Source of the DNA: an uncultured Candidatus Entotheonella sp.
Lineage (GTDB): Bacteria > Tectomicrobia > Entotheonellia > Entotheonellales > Entotheonellaceae
Direction: 5' to 3'
DNA length: 64,000 bases
Assembly: GCA_965215335.1 (NCBI GenBank)
Contig: CBDCDA010000002.1
Coordinates: 512,001-576,000 of the forward strand
The position numbers were made by a program, and so were the translations under genes. How positions within the stretch are numbered: position 1 is the stretch's first letter; every line of letters starts with the position of its first letter. The notes below the pieces were generated by a model. That model saw nothing but the letters and a program-made list of their open reading frames with translations, did not search any database and was not told the DNA's origin. Shown here in pieces: positions 31,230 through 41,118 of this stretch.

Positions 31230-31694
31230 GTGGAATACTACGATAGCCGGACCGTCGCCACCCAGCTCGGCATCCCGTATCGCACTCTGATGTACTGGGT
31301 AGAGACGGGGCTGATCCAGCCGCATGCCTACTCGGGACGGCGGCGTACACCAGTAAGGTTTTCCGTTGCAGACGTCAAAGAAGTCGGTCGCTTGGCGCAG
31401 TTGCGTAAATACCTCCGGGGACAGTCACTGCGCGATGTCCTCAACAGGCTGCGCACCATGGGATCCAACCCGTTGTCACAGGGTGATTTTCTGGTGCTGG
31501 AGAACCGCAAAGGCCAGCGCAACGTGATCAAGATCATGCAGAACAATGAAGCCATCCAACTGCTGAACGCCCAGCCGGATGCCCAGTTGCGGCTCATCCC
31601 CCTTACCGGGGACGAGGTGCAGGACGCCATTTCGGCGGGACGACAGGAAGTCTTGTTCAGCACTCTGGAAGATAACGTGCCTCAGCGCCCGTAG
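31230..31694 (+). CDS. MerR-type HTH DNA-binding protein
   Basis: VATQLGIPYRTLMYWVETGLIQP...RFSVADV. Confidence 0.8.
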   Translation: MEYYDSRTVATQLGIPYRTLMYWVETGLIQPHAYSGRRRTPVRFSVADVKEVGRLAQLRKYLRGQSLRDVLNRLRTMGSNPLSQGDFLVLENRKGQRNVIKIMQNNEAIQLLNAQPDAQLRLIPLTGDEVQDAISAGRQEVLFSTLEDNVPQRP

Positions 31695-31734
31695 GAGCCT
31701 GAACAGGCTGGCAACTCGAGGAAGGACGTATACC

Positions 31735-32526
31735 GTGTCTGACCTGATTCTGTGCGACGAACAGCAGCACGTCGCCACCCTCACGCTGAATCGGCCAAAC
31801 AAACGGAACGCCATGTCGCCGGACCTGCTGACCGACTTGTCAGCGCAGTTGCGACGGCTGGCAGAGAATCCGGCCATTCGCGTGCTCATTTTGCGCGGCC
31901 AGGGCACCGAGGCGTTTTCCGCCGGCTACGACATCGGCCATCTGCCGGTGCGCGAGGGCAAGGGGCGCCTGCCCGCAAGCGAAGGGGTCGGATGGTTCCA
32001 ACGCATGCTGGAGCAGGTCCGCGCGTTCCACGCCCCCGTCATCGCCATGATTCACGGCTTTTGCATGGGCGGCGGGCTGGAATTGGCCGCCACCTGCGAT
32101 ATCCGCCTCGCCGCCGATACGGGTGTTTTCTGCATGCCGCCAGCGCGCCTCGGCACCCTCTATTCCGGCGCGGGCTTGCTGCGTTTCGTCAACCTGATCG
32201 GTATCGCCAACACCTGCGAGATCTTCTACACCGCCTGCCGCTTCGACGCCCAACGCGCCCGCCAAATGGGCTTGGTCAACCACGTCGTCCCGGCAACTGA
32301 ACTCGAACAACGCACGAACGACGTGGCGCGCCAGATCGTGCACAACGCCCCGTTGTCGGTAAAAAACACCAAAACGTCCCTGGCACACGTCCTGCGGTTT
32401 CAGGATTTTTCACAGCACACCGAGACCCTCGAACGCCTGCGTGACGCGTGCATGCAGAGCGACGACTTCCAGGAAGGCCGCCGCGCCTTTCTGGAGAAAC
32501 GGCCGCCGGTGTTTCGCGGCGGCTAG
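31735..32526 (+). CDS. Enoyl-CoA hydratase/isomerase family protein
   Basis: TLNRPNKRNA, FSAGYDI, CMGGGLELA, EGRRAFLEKRPPVF. Confidence 0.92.
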   Translation: MSDLILCDEQQHVATLTLNRPNKRNAMSPDLLTDLSAQLRRLAENPAIRVLILRGQGTEAFSAGYDIGHLPVREGKGRLPASEGVGWFQRMLEQVRAFHAPVIAMIHGFCMGGGLELAATCDIRLAADTGVFCMPPARLGTLYSGAGLLRFVNLIGIANTCEIFYTACRFDAQRARQMGLVNHVVPATELEQRTNDVARQIVHNAPLSVKNTKTSLAHVLRFQDFSQHTETLERLRDACMQSDDFQEGRRAFLEKRPPVFRGG

Positions 32527-32686
32527 GACGGCGTTACCGGGCAAGCCGCCGTCACCCCGCCCTGCCCATCTCTCCGCCCCCCCACGCACAACTCCTCCCG
32601 TTTTTCCTGCCGCAGTTCAGGGGCGGGCCTCCCAGCCCGCCCTCCCCGCCCGGCCAGCGCGGCGCGAAAAACCCGGACAGGAAACT

Positions 32687-33079
32687 TCAGTCCTGCATGT
32701 CAGGTACGAGCCGGATGAGCACCTCGGTGCCGTCGGCGAAGGCTTTGCGCAGCCGCGGCCCCAGGATGAGCCAGCGCAGCCAGTAACGCCGGCGGTAGGT
32801 GCGCAGGAGGCGTGCCTGCAATTCGGGGACGCCTTCGAGAAGCTGCGCGCCGCACGACAAGCCGGGGCCGCTCGGACTGCCGACATGCACCGTCACCCGC
32901 CCGGTCTGACGGATGCGGCGCACCTTCAGGGTGTCCCGCTGGCTGCAGAAATAGATGGCGTCGTCATCCAGCAGGAACAGGACCGGCACGGTGCCGGTCC
33001 TGCCGTTGGCGCTGAAGGTGGTCAAATAAAGAAGCTTGGCGCGTTGCAGAGCGCGCCGAGATTCCGGGGGAAAGGTCAT
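32687..33079 (-). CDS. Pyridoxamine 5'-phosphate oxidase-like (split-barrel) protein
   Basis: LTTFSANG...VPV.F...KVRRIR...V pattern. Confidence 0.65.
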   Translation of the reverse strand: MTFPPESRRALQRAKLLYLTTFSANGRTGTVPVLFLLDDDAIYFCSQRDTLKVRRIRQTGRVTVHVGSPSGPGLSCGAQLLEGVPELQARLLRTYRRRYWLRWLILGPRLRKAFADGTEVLIRLVPDMQD

Positions 33080-33308
33080 GTCGTCACACTCGGCCACGTC
33101 CCTGCCGGGAGCGGCTAATGATTGTCGAGGATTCAGGTAGAGGGCCAAGCGGTCATGGTATCGCAAACCCGTCACCGTTTGCCAACGGCTTCCGGTGCGC
33201 TCCGCATTTGACAATTCCCGCCTGTTCTGAGAAGGTCACGCTCAGGTATTCCCGTGCCACCTGCTCGTCGCAAGGTTCCCCGGCCACCGACTCGCCCGGA
33301 CGCATCCA

Positions 33309-34547
33309 TTGAAGCTGCTGTACCTGCTCGTCGGAATTCTGTTCCTCAGCCCGGCCACCGTTACGTGGTCACAACCGGACGCCACTGCCGGCAAGGCAGT
33401 CTATGAACGCCTGTGCGTGAGCTGCCATGGCCCGGACGGCCGCGGCGGACGCATGGCGCTCATGCTGCCGGTGCCGCCGCCTAACCTCGCCGATCCGACC
33501 TACATGCAAAGCCGCTCGACAGAACACCTGTTCGGCGTCATCAGAGACGGCAGCGCCGCGGTGGGGTTATCCAACGCCATGCCAGGCTTTGGCGGCCAGC
33601 TGGACGACCAGAACATCCGCAACACGGTCGCCTACGTGCGGACGCTGTCCGGAGTGCAACCGGTGATACCCGCCGATGCCGAAACCGCAACACCGGCCAC
33701 CGAGCCGCCGGCTGATTTACGAATCGCGCGGCTGCAGCTTTCCATCTGGCCGGAATACGATGACCCTCGCGTACTGCTCATCGTGCGGGGCGAATTGGCG
33801 CCAGGAACTGCCTTCCCGACGCGCGTCACCCTGCCCATTCCCAAGGGCGCGGAACTGATCGGCGCCGGCATGGTCTCCGAACTGGGAGAGCTCCTCCTGC
33901 ATCCGCACCGCGTCATTCCCGGCGACGCCTCGGACAGCCTGGAAATCACCCTGCCCGCGCTGCGTTTCTTCGCCGAACTCTATTACGATCCCTTCGCGAC
34001 CCCCGGCGACGCCAAGCGATTCAGTTATACGTTCGAGGCGCCTTACCCGATCAACCAATTCAGCATCGCTGTCCAGAAGCCTTACACGGCCACCGAATTC
34101 GTCACCGAACCGCCCGCCATGACTCGGGAAAGCGAGGGCCGCGACACCACATACCACCTCTTCACATACCGCGATGTCGCGGCCGGACAGGCGACGACGT
34201 TCACCGTCAGCTACGTGAAAACCGACCCGGAACCGTCCGTTCCCAAAGCCGACAACGCGCCGGCTGCCAGCCCCGCCGCCCGGGGACCCCAAGACCGCAT
34301 GCTGATTTATTTCGGCATCCTGGCGGGCGTCATCGCCGCGTACGTGCTGGCCACCCTCCTGTGGACCGCTTGCCGGCGCCGTCATGCAATCGCCGCAACG
34401 CCCGAGGAGCCGCTCCTGCCGTTGCCCGTGCCGTCTGCTCCGCCGGTCGCCCCTGCCGCAGCCAATTTCTGCAGCAACTGCGGCCGCACGCTCGACGCCG
34501 ATTACGCCTTCTGCCCCGGCTGCGGCCATGCCGTTCGCGTGTCGTAG
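33309..34547 (+). CDS. Membrane-anchored cytochrome c with C-terminal zinc ribbon
   Basis: Signal peptide; CVSCH...AMPGFG; beta-rich middle; TM helix; CSNC...CPGC. Confidence 0.8.
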   Translation: MKLLYLLVGILFLSPATVTWSQPDATAGKAVYERLCVSCHGPDGRGGRMALMLPVPPPNLADPTYMQSRSTEHLFGVIRDGSAAVGLSNAMPGFGGQLDDQNIRNTVAYVRTLSGVQPVIPADAETATPATEPPADLRIARLQLSIWPEYDDPRVLLIVRGELAPGTAFPTRVTLPIPKGAELIGAGMVSELGELLLHPHRVIPGDASDSLEITLPALRFFAELYYDPFATPGDAKRFSYTFEAPYPINQFSIAVQKPYTATEFVTEPPAMTRESEGRDTTYHLFTYRDVAAGQATTFTVSYVKTDPEPSVPKADNAPAASPAARGPQDRMLIYFGILAGVIAAYVLATLLWTACRRRHAIAATPEEPLLPLPVPSAPPVAPAAANFCSNCGRTLDADYAFCPGCGHAVRVS

Positions 34548-34680
34548 ACAGCGCGCGAATCCGACCCGCATGATCCAGCAGCGCTTTGGCCCTTGTTTTC
34601 CACGTCGCTGACCGTTACCGTAAACCCTCCGAAACGAGTGGGGACCTGTGCGTGAACGTTTCAGATAAGCGGGAATCTGG

Positions 34681-35298
34681 ATGGAAAAAGTTTTCATTTA
34701 CTGGGACAACTCCAACATTTTCATCAGTGCTCAGCAAGTCGCCGCCGAGTTGGAGGGTGAAGAGGCACGCGCCCGGGCGCGGATTCATTTCCCGAATCTG
34801 GTTACCTTGGCGCACGGTGGGCGGGAGATTCAGCGCGCTATCGCCGTCGGTTCCGTACCCCCGGAACTGAAGCACGTCTGGAACCGCTTGGAAAACGAGG
34901 GCGTCACGGTTCAACTATCGGAAAGGGGCGCCCTGCATGGCCGCGAAGTCGGTGTCGACCAAGCCCTGCAAACCGCGATGCTGCGAGACACGGTGGACTA
35001 CAACGGCGACCCGGGCATCGTGGTGCTGCTGACCGGCGACGGGAGCGGTTTCGCGGACGGCGTTGGGTTTCACGCCGACCTGGAGCGCATGTACCAGCGC
35101 GATTGGCGCATCGAAGTGTTGTCGTGGCGTCATAGTTGTAATCGACGGATGCGAGAATGGGCCGAGACGAGTGGCAAATTCATCGCCTTGAATGATTTCT
35201 ATGACAGCATCACCTTTCTGGAAGCACCGGCGCCGGGCCGACCGGCTGCCGACCCGCGTTACGCCGTCCCGCTGGACTTGAGCAGACGTCCGGTCTGA
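34681..35298 (+). CDS. NYN domain (PIN-like) protein
   Basis: YWDNSN, EVGVDQAL, LLTGDG, EVLSW. Confidence 0.85.
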   Translation: MEKVFIYWDNSNIFISAQQVAAELEGEEARARARIHFPNLVTLAHGGREIQRAIAVGSVPPELKHVWNRLENEGVTVQLSERGALHGREVGVDQALQTAMLRDTVDYNGDPGIVVLLTGDGSGFADGVGFHADLERMYQRDWRIEVLSWRHSCNRRMREWAETSGKFIALNDFYDSITFLEAPAPGRPAADPRYAVPLDLSRRPV

Positions 35299-35355
35299 CC
35301 AAGTGGCGTACTTCCGGCCCCGGCACCCGCCTCCAAAGCCTTGCTCGGCGTTCCG

Positions 35356-37440
35356 TCAATCCCGGTCCGGAATCGCACGTATCTGCTCCAGCCACAGCGT
35401 GGCCTCGGCGTCGCTGGGCGCACGATAATCGCCGCGCGGCGAGAGAGAGCCGCCGGAGCCGACCTTGGGGGCGTTGGGCACGCAGCTGCGCTTGAACTGG
35501 CTGAGTTGAAAGAAACGCTCGGCGAATACCGTCAGCCACCGCTTGATCTCGGCAATGCCGTAAGCGTGGCGCCGGTCGGGGGGGATATCGGGCCAGCGGC
35601 CGCCGAACGCGTCGTGCCAGCAGCAATAGGCCAGGAAGGCGATTTTGGTGGGCAGGTAGCCGAGACGGGTGGTGTAGTACAGGAAGAAATCGTGCAATTC
35701 GTACGGGCCAATGGCCGCCTCGGTACGCTGGCTGGGCTGGCCCGCGTCGTCCTGGCCGGGCACCAGTTCAGGGCTGACTTCCGTTTCCAGCACATCTTGC
35801 AGGACGCGGCTGACGCCGTCGCCCAGCTGATCCGTTTCGGCGACCCAGCGAATGAGGTGGCGGATCAGCGTCTTGGGCACGCTGGCGTTGACGTTGTAGT
35901 GCGACATGTGATCCCCGATGCCGTAGGTTGACCAGCCGAGGGCCAATTCGCTCAGGTCGCCGGTCCCCACCACCAGGCCGTTGCAATGGTTGGCGAGCCG
36001 GAACAGGTGGCTGGTGCGCTCGCCGGCCTGCACGTTTTCGAACGTCACGTCATACACCGGAGCTGGCGGGTCAGGCCAGGGCTTGCCGGCCAAGGGATGG
36101 CCGAGGTCGCGCAACATCTGTTCGCAGCTCGGGCGGATGTCGAGCTCGTGCGCCTCACAGCCGATCGCCGTCATCAGCGTGTGGGCGCTGCGCAGGGTGC
36201 GCTGGCTGGTGGCGAAGCCGGGCATGGTGTAGCCCTTGATATTGCGGCGTGGATGCCCCAGCACGTCCAGGGCGCGTGCCGCCACGATCAGCGCCTGGGT
36301 CGAATCGAGACCGCCGGAAATGCCGATCACCAGGTTCTCGATGCCCGTGCTGCGCAGTCGCTTCACCAGCCCCTGCACCTGGATGTTGTACGCCTCGTAA
36401 CAGCGCCGGTTGCGCATCGCGGGATTGCCGGGGACGTATGGAAACCGGTCGTATTGACGCCGACAAAGCAGGCGCTCCTGGCGATGTGGCGGACCGACCG
36501 CGACGTGTACCTCGTGGAACCGCGCTGCCGCCTCGGCATGGCGTTGGACGCTTTGAGCAAATGTCGTCTGGCGCATGCGTTCCTGCGACAGACGCTCGAC
36601 ATCCAGCTCCGCCAACACCAGCTGCGAGTCGTACCGGAAACGCTCCGACTCGGCCACCAGCGTGCCGTTTTCGTAAACCATGGCGTGGCCGTCCCAGGCG
36701 AGATCCGTGGTCGATTCGCCTGCCCCGGCAGCAGTGTACAGGTAGGCCGCCAAGCAGCACGCCGACTGGTTGGCCACCAGGCTGTGGCGGTATTCGTCCT
36801 TGCCAATGGTGACGTTCGACGCCGACAGGTTCACGAGCACTGTCGCCCCGGCCATGGCGGCGTAGCTTGACGGCGGAATGGGCACCCACAGGTCCTCGCA
36901 AATCTCCACGAAAAACGACCACGACGGGTTGCCGCCGACACGAAACAGTAACCGCTCGCCAAAAGGCACGTCCTGACCACACAGGCTGACGCGGGCGCGC
37001 CGGGCCGCAGCCGCCGGGGCGAACTGGCGCATTTCATAATATTCCCGATAGTTGGGCAGGAAGGTCTTGGGCACCACACCCAGAATGCGGCCCTGATGCA
37101 GGACTGCGGCGCAGTTGAACAGCAGGTGGTCCACCTGCAGCGGCAGACCGACGACGGCGATCAGGTGGGCGTCCCGCGTCGCCCGCAACATGGTATCGAG
37201 CGCCGCCCGGGCACCGTCGAGCAGCGTTTGCTGGTGGAACAGGTCGTCGCACGAATAGGCCGTCAGGCCAAGTTCCGGGAACACCACCAGCAGGGCTTTG
37301 GCGGCCTCTGCCTGCTCGACCAGCGCCACCGTGCGGGCAGCGTTGAAAGCGGGGTCCGCCACCCGCACTTCGGGAATGCCCAGGGCGACGCGGATGAAAC
37401 CATGCCGGTAAAAATTGAAGAACTCGCCGCCCGACTGCAC
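35356..37440 (-). CDS. nadE: Glutamine-dependent NAD+ synthetase
   Basis: [49 protein letters not shown]. Confidence 0.97.
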   Translation of the reverse strand: MQSGGEFFNFYRHGFIRVALGIPEVRVADPAFNAARTVALVEQAEAAKALLVVFPELGLTAYSCDDLFHQQTLLDGARAALDTMLRATRDAHLIAVVGLPLQVDHLLFNCAAVLHQGRILGVVPKTFLPNYREYYEMRQFAPAAAARRARVSLCGQDVPFGERLLFRVGGNPSWSFFVEICEDLWVPIPPSSYAAMAGATVLVNLSASNVTIGKDEYRHSLVANQSACCLAAYLYTAAGAGESTTDLAWDGHAMVYENGTLVAESERFRYDSQLVLAELDVERLSQERMRQTTFAQSVQRHAEAAARFHEVHVAVGPPHRQERLLCRRQYDRFPYVPGNPAMRNRRCYEAYNIQVQGLVKRLRSTGIENLVIGISGGLDSTQALIVAARALDVLGHPRRNIKGYTMPGFATSQRTLRSAHTLMTAIGCEAHELDIRPSCEQMLRDLGHPLAGKPWPDPPAPVYDVTFENVQAGERTSHLFRLANHCNGLVVGTGDLSELALGWSTYGIGDHMSHYNVNASVPKTLIRHLIRWVAETDQLGDGVSRVLQDVLETEVSPELVPGQDDAGQPSQRTEAAIGPYELHDFFLYYTTRLGYLPTKIAFLAYCCWHDAFGGRWPDIPPDRRHAYGIAEIKRWLTVFAERFFQLSQFKRSCVPNAPKVGSGGSLSPRGDYRAPSDAEATLWLEQIRAIPDRD

Positions 37441-37690
37441 CGCCGAAACCTCTCGACAACCTTGAATTCACGCCAATAACGGCGCGTAGCCTGCATCACG
37501 CCAGCGGAATTGTCAACCTGACCGAAACCGCAGGGCCGGCGGCTCTTGCCCCCGGCCTTTCGGCTTGTCCAGCACGGGGCATTTTGCCATAATTGCCATC
37601 TCACGTGGAACCCTCCCGGCGGCATGTCCGGAGGCAAAACGGCAATTTGGTGAGGCCTGATTGAGTCCGCCGATTTTACCCCTTGCTGAC

Positions 37691-37794
37691 CGTCACTCCG
37701 GCGAAAGCCGGAGTCCGAAGGCTTTCCGCAGACAAAGAGCCTGCCTCGGACCGGCTCCAGGGCCACCGGATTCCGGGCCAGGCCCGGAATGACG
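37691..37794. repeat. REP/MITE-like palindromic element, copy 1
   Basis: CGTCACTCCGGCGAAAGCCGGAGTC...GGATTCCGGGCCAGGCCCGGAATGACG. Confidence 0.75.
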
Positions 37795-37844
37795 CTTGGG
37801 GGTGTTGGCAGACCATTTTTGTACTGGATCTGCGAGGACACGGC

Positions 37845-39146
37845 ATGCACCGCCATACCTGGCGCCTGGAGATCGGCACCTTCCCGGTGCGGCGCCTCGC
37901 CTTTGCCTCCCGGACAGCCTACGAAAACGGCACCTTGTTCATCGACCGCGCGAGGCTTCGGACCCGCGTCGCCGAGCCCGCCGCCATTGCCGATATTGCC
38001 GTGCATCTTGCGCATCCAGACGAATCCTGCCGCATCGTGCACATCCTGGATGCGGTGTCTCCAATGGTCAAAGTGGCCGGCCCATCAACGGTCTATCCCG
38101 GCTTTTTCGGCAGCGCGCTGCCGGCCGGCAGCGGCCGCACCCACGTGTTGGGCAACGCCGCCGTCCTGGTCAGCGCGACGTTTCCGGCTCCCACCAGCGG
38201 CGCCCTGTCCGCCACCGAGGCCATCGTTGATATGAGCGGCCCGACCGCGGCATGCTGCGCCTTTTCGCACACCGCTAACGTGGTCCTGGTCTGCCGCCCC
38301 GCCCCCAACGCCAGCAACGCCGACTTCGACGCCGCCCTGCAGCGCGCCAAGCTCAAGGCCGCCGTGTACCTCGCCGAGGTCACCGCAGGACTCGATCCAC
38401 CCCGGACCGAGGTGCGTGAACTGCAACCCGTTGACGATGCCCTGCCCCGTATCGTTTTTGTCGATCAACTCCACCAGCAGGGCCTCCTGGCACAGACGTT
38501 CCTGTACGGCCGACACACGCAGGGGCTGGAGCCGACCCTGCTGCACCCGAACGAAATGCTCGACGGCGCCCTGGTCAGCGGCAACTACCGGCAGCCGGGG
38601 CGCTCCATCACCTACGGGCACAGCCGCAACGACGTCGTGCGCGAGCTGTACCGGCGCCACGGCCACGATGTCAACTTCCTCGGCGCGGTAATTGGCCGCG
38701 GCTGGCAGGACACGCAGGCGCTGAAGGAACGCCAGGGCTGGATGATGGCGCGCCTCGCCAGCCTGTCGAACGCCCAGGCAGCCGTTGTGTCGGCGGACGT
38801 TGGCGGCACCGGCGGCAACAATACCATCGACTTCATGCAGACGATCAAGGCATGCGAGCAAATGGGCATTCGCACCGTCGCCATCATGCAGGAGGCGGGC
38901 AACGCCGACGGCAGCAATCCGACCCTTGTCGATCACGCCCCGGAAGCCGATGCCCTTGTCAGCGTGGGCGGCGTCGGCTGGGACATCCCGCTGGCCCCCG
39001 CGGTGTCGCGCGTCATCGGCGGCGCCACCGTGCAGCCGGACCGTGCCCGGGAACCCCTGGATGCCGCCGGGCCGTTGCAAGTCGCCTGCTGGTACGGCGC
39101 CGTGTGGAAGCGCGCGTTGCGGGGCCTGGCGGCGGTGGACGCCTGA
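37845..39146 (+). CDS. Glycine/sarcosine/betaine reductase component B alpha/beta-type proprotein (GrdE/GrdG/GrdI-like)
   Basis: GSGRTHVL, IVDMSGP, PTLLHPNEMLDGALVSGN, ELYRRHG, GIRTVAI, ADALVSVG. Confidence 0.85.
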   Translation: MHRHTWRLEIGTFPVRRLAFASRTAYENGTLFIDRARLRTRVAEPAAIADIAVHLAHPDESCRIVHILDAVSPMVKVAGPSTVYPGFFGSALPAGSGRTHVLGNAAVLVSATFPAPTSGALSATEAIVDMSGPTAACCAFSHTANVVLVCRPAPNASNADFDAALQRAKLKAAVYLAEVTAGLDPPRTEVRELQPVDDALPRIVFVDQLHQQGLLAQTFLYGRHTQGLEPTLLHPNEMLDGALVSGNYRQPGRSITYGHSRNDVVRELYRRHGHDVNFLGAVIGRGWQDTQALKERQGWMMARLASLSNAQAAVVSADVGGTGGNNTIDFMQTIKACEQMGIRTVAIMQEAGNADGSNPTLVDHAPEADALVSVGGVGWDIPLAPAVSRVIGGATVQPDRAREPLDAAGPLQVACWYGAVWKRALRGLAAVDA

Positions 39147-39172
39147 ATCGTCATGAATATAGGACAGCAAAC

Positions 39173-40510
39173 ATGACTGCTGACGACGCTCGCCCCTTGC
39201 GTCTGGTGCATTACCTCAATGCCTTTTTCGGTGGCATCGGTGGCGAGGCCGAGGCGTATCACGCCGTGGAAATGCACGCCGGCCCGCTGGGGCCGGGAAA
39301 CCTGTTGCAGCAACTGTGCGCCGGGCGGGCCGAGGTCGTCGGCACCGTGGTCTGCGGCGACGGCTACTTCGGCGAGCACGAGGCAGCGGTGGTAGAGCGC
39401 GTGCGGCAATACGTGCGACAACAGGCCGCCGATGCCTTCATCGCCGGTCCGGCCTTCGGCTCCGGGCGGTACGGGCTGGCCTGTGGCCGGCTGTGCCTGG
39501 AAATCGAACGCCTGGGGATTCCCGCGGTCACCGGCCTGCACGCCGAGAACCCCGGCGGCGAGGTGTTCCTGCCTCGGCACATCTTCGCCGTTGACACCGC
39601 GGCGAGCGCCGCCGGCATGCGGCCGGCCCTGCAGCGCATGACCGCCCTGGCGCTGAAGCGCGCCCGCAGCGAACCCCTCGGCTCGGCAGTGCAAGAGGGC
39701 TTTCTGCCCCGCGACGTGCGCCGGACGGTGGACACCGGCATACCGGCGGCGACGCGGGCCGTGGACCTCGTGCTGCGCAAGTGGAAAGGCGAGCCTTATG
39801 CCAGTGAAATCACCATCGAGACGTTCGAGCCAGTGCCGCCTCCCGCGCCGCTTGCCGACCCGAGCCGCGTGCTCTTTGCGCTGGTCACCGAGTGCGGTCT
39901 GGTGCCCAAGGGCAACCCCGACCGCCTGCCCGCCGCCGGGGCCAGCCATTGGGCGGCGTATGCCATCGGTGACATGCCGAGGCTGGTGCCGGACGATTGG
40001 GAGATCGTGCACGGCGGCTATGACAACACCGCGGCGTTGCTGGACCCCAACCGCGTCGTGCCCCTGGACGCCATGCGCGCCCTGCAGCGGGAGGGACGCA
40101 TCGGCGGGCTGCTGGACGACCTGCTGGTCACCGTCGGCAATCTCGCCAGCCTCAGCGCCATGAAGAAAATCGGCGCCGACATGGCCGCCACCCTGAAGCA
40201 GCGCGGTGTCGGCGCCGTCGTGCTGCCGGCGACGTGAGGCACCGGCACGCGTAGCGGTGCTACGATCGCCAAAGCCTGCGAACGCGAGGGCATTCCAACC
40301 GCCCTGGCAACCTGCCTGTATACCGTGGCGACGCGCGTCGGCGCCAACCGCATCGTGCGCGGCGGGCGCTTCCACCATCCTTTCGGCGACCCGGCGGACC
40401 CGCCGGCGACGCAATACGCCTGGCGACGCGCGTTTGCCGAGCGCCTGTTGCACGCCCTGCGCGCGCCGGTTCGGGAGCCGACCGTGTTCGACGTCGAACC
40501 ACCCATCTGA
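39173..40510 (+). CDS. Selenoprotein B of the glycine/betaine/sarcosine reductase family (GrdB-like); Sec at UGA 40235-40237
   Basis: HYLNAFFGGIGGE, CGD, AGPAFGSGRYG, DPNRVVPLD; the frame continues past TGA as GTGTRSGATIAKACEREGIPT...VGANRIV...HPFGDP; SECIS-like hairpin present. Confidence 0.9.
40250..40264 (+). promoter_or_regulatory. Putative bacterial SECIS element
   Basis: CGTAGC-GGT-GCTACG perfect stem; G-containing loop 18 nt after the UGA. Confidence 0.7.
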
Positions 40511-40525
40511 CCAACCGGAGAACCG

Positions 40526-40897
40526 ATGATCGACTATACCGTCTACAAATTCGTCCACTTCCTCGGCATCATCATGATCTTCGTCAGCCTCGGCGGCGTC
40601 ATGGTGCACGTCTTCAACGGCGGCGCCAAGGCCGACAACGTCTGGGGCAAGCCGGCAGGCATCACGCACGGCATCGGGCTGCTTCTCGTCCTGCTTGGCG
40701 GCTTCGGCATGATGGCGCGTCTGGGCATTCCCTGGCCGTGGCCGGGCTGGCTGTTCGTCAAACTGGCGGTCTGGCTCGTGCTAGGCGGCGTCACGAGCCT
40801 GGTCTACCGCCTCGGGGCGAGCGGCAAGATCCTGTGGGCCGTGGTGGTGCTGCTCGGCGCCATCGCCGCGTACATGGCCGTCATGAAACCCCTCTGA
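40526..40897 (+). CDS. Small 4-TM membrane protein
   Basis: Four hydrophobic segments, two His (VHFLG, THGIG), C-terminal KP. Confidence 0.75.
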   Translation: MIDYTVYKFVHFLGIIMIFVSLGGVMVHVFNGGAKADNVWGKPAGITHGIGLLLVLLGGFGMMARLGIPWPWPGWLFVKLAVWLVLGGVTSLVYRLGASGKILWAVVVLLGAIAAYMAVMKPL

Positions 40898-41000
40898 ACA
40901 GTCATCCGTGGCACCAGAATCGCGCCGATGGCTCACCGTTCAAAAGCGGCAGGCTTTGCCAAAGCCACTTGCAGAGCTAATTGGAACAGGTCCCCAGGCC

Positions 41001-41082
41001 CGTCACTCCCGCGAGCGGGAGTCCAGGATTTCCGGGGGTCAAGGGCCTGCCCAGACTCGATTCGGGTCAAGCCCGGAATGAC
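41001..41082. repeat. REP/MITE-like palindromic element, copy 2
   Basis: CGTCACTCCCGCGAGCGGGAGTCC...GATTCGGGTCAAGCCCGGAATGAC; same ends as copy 1. Confidence 0.75.
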
Positions 41083-41118
41083 CCTCGCGGGTGTCCGTCA
41101 CAGCAAAGGACATGATAC

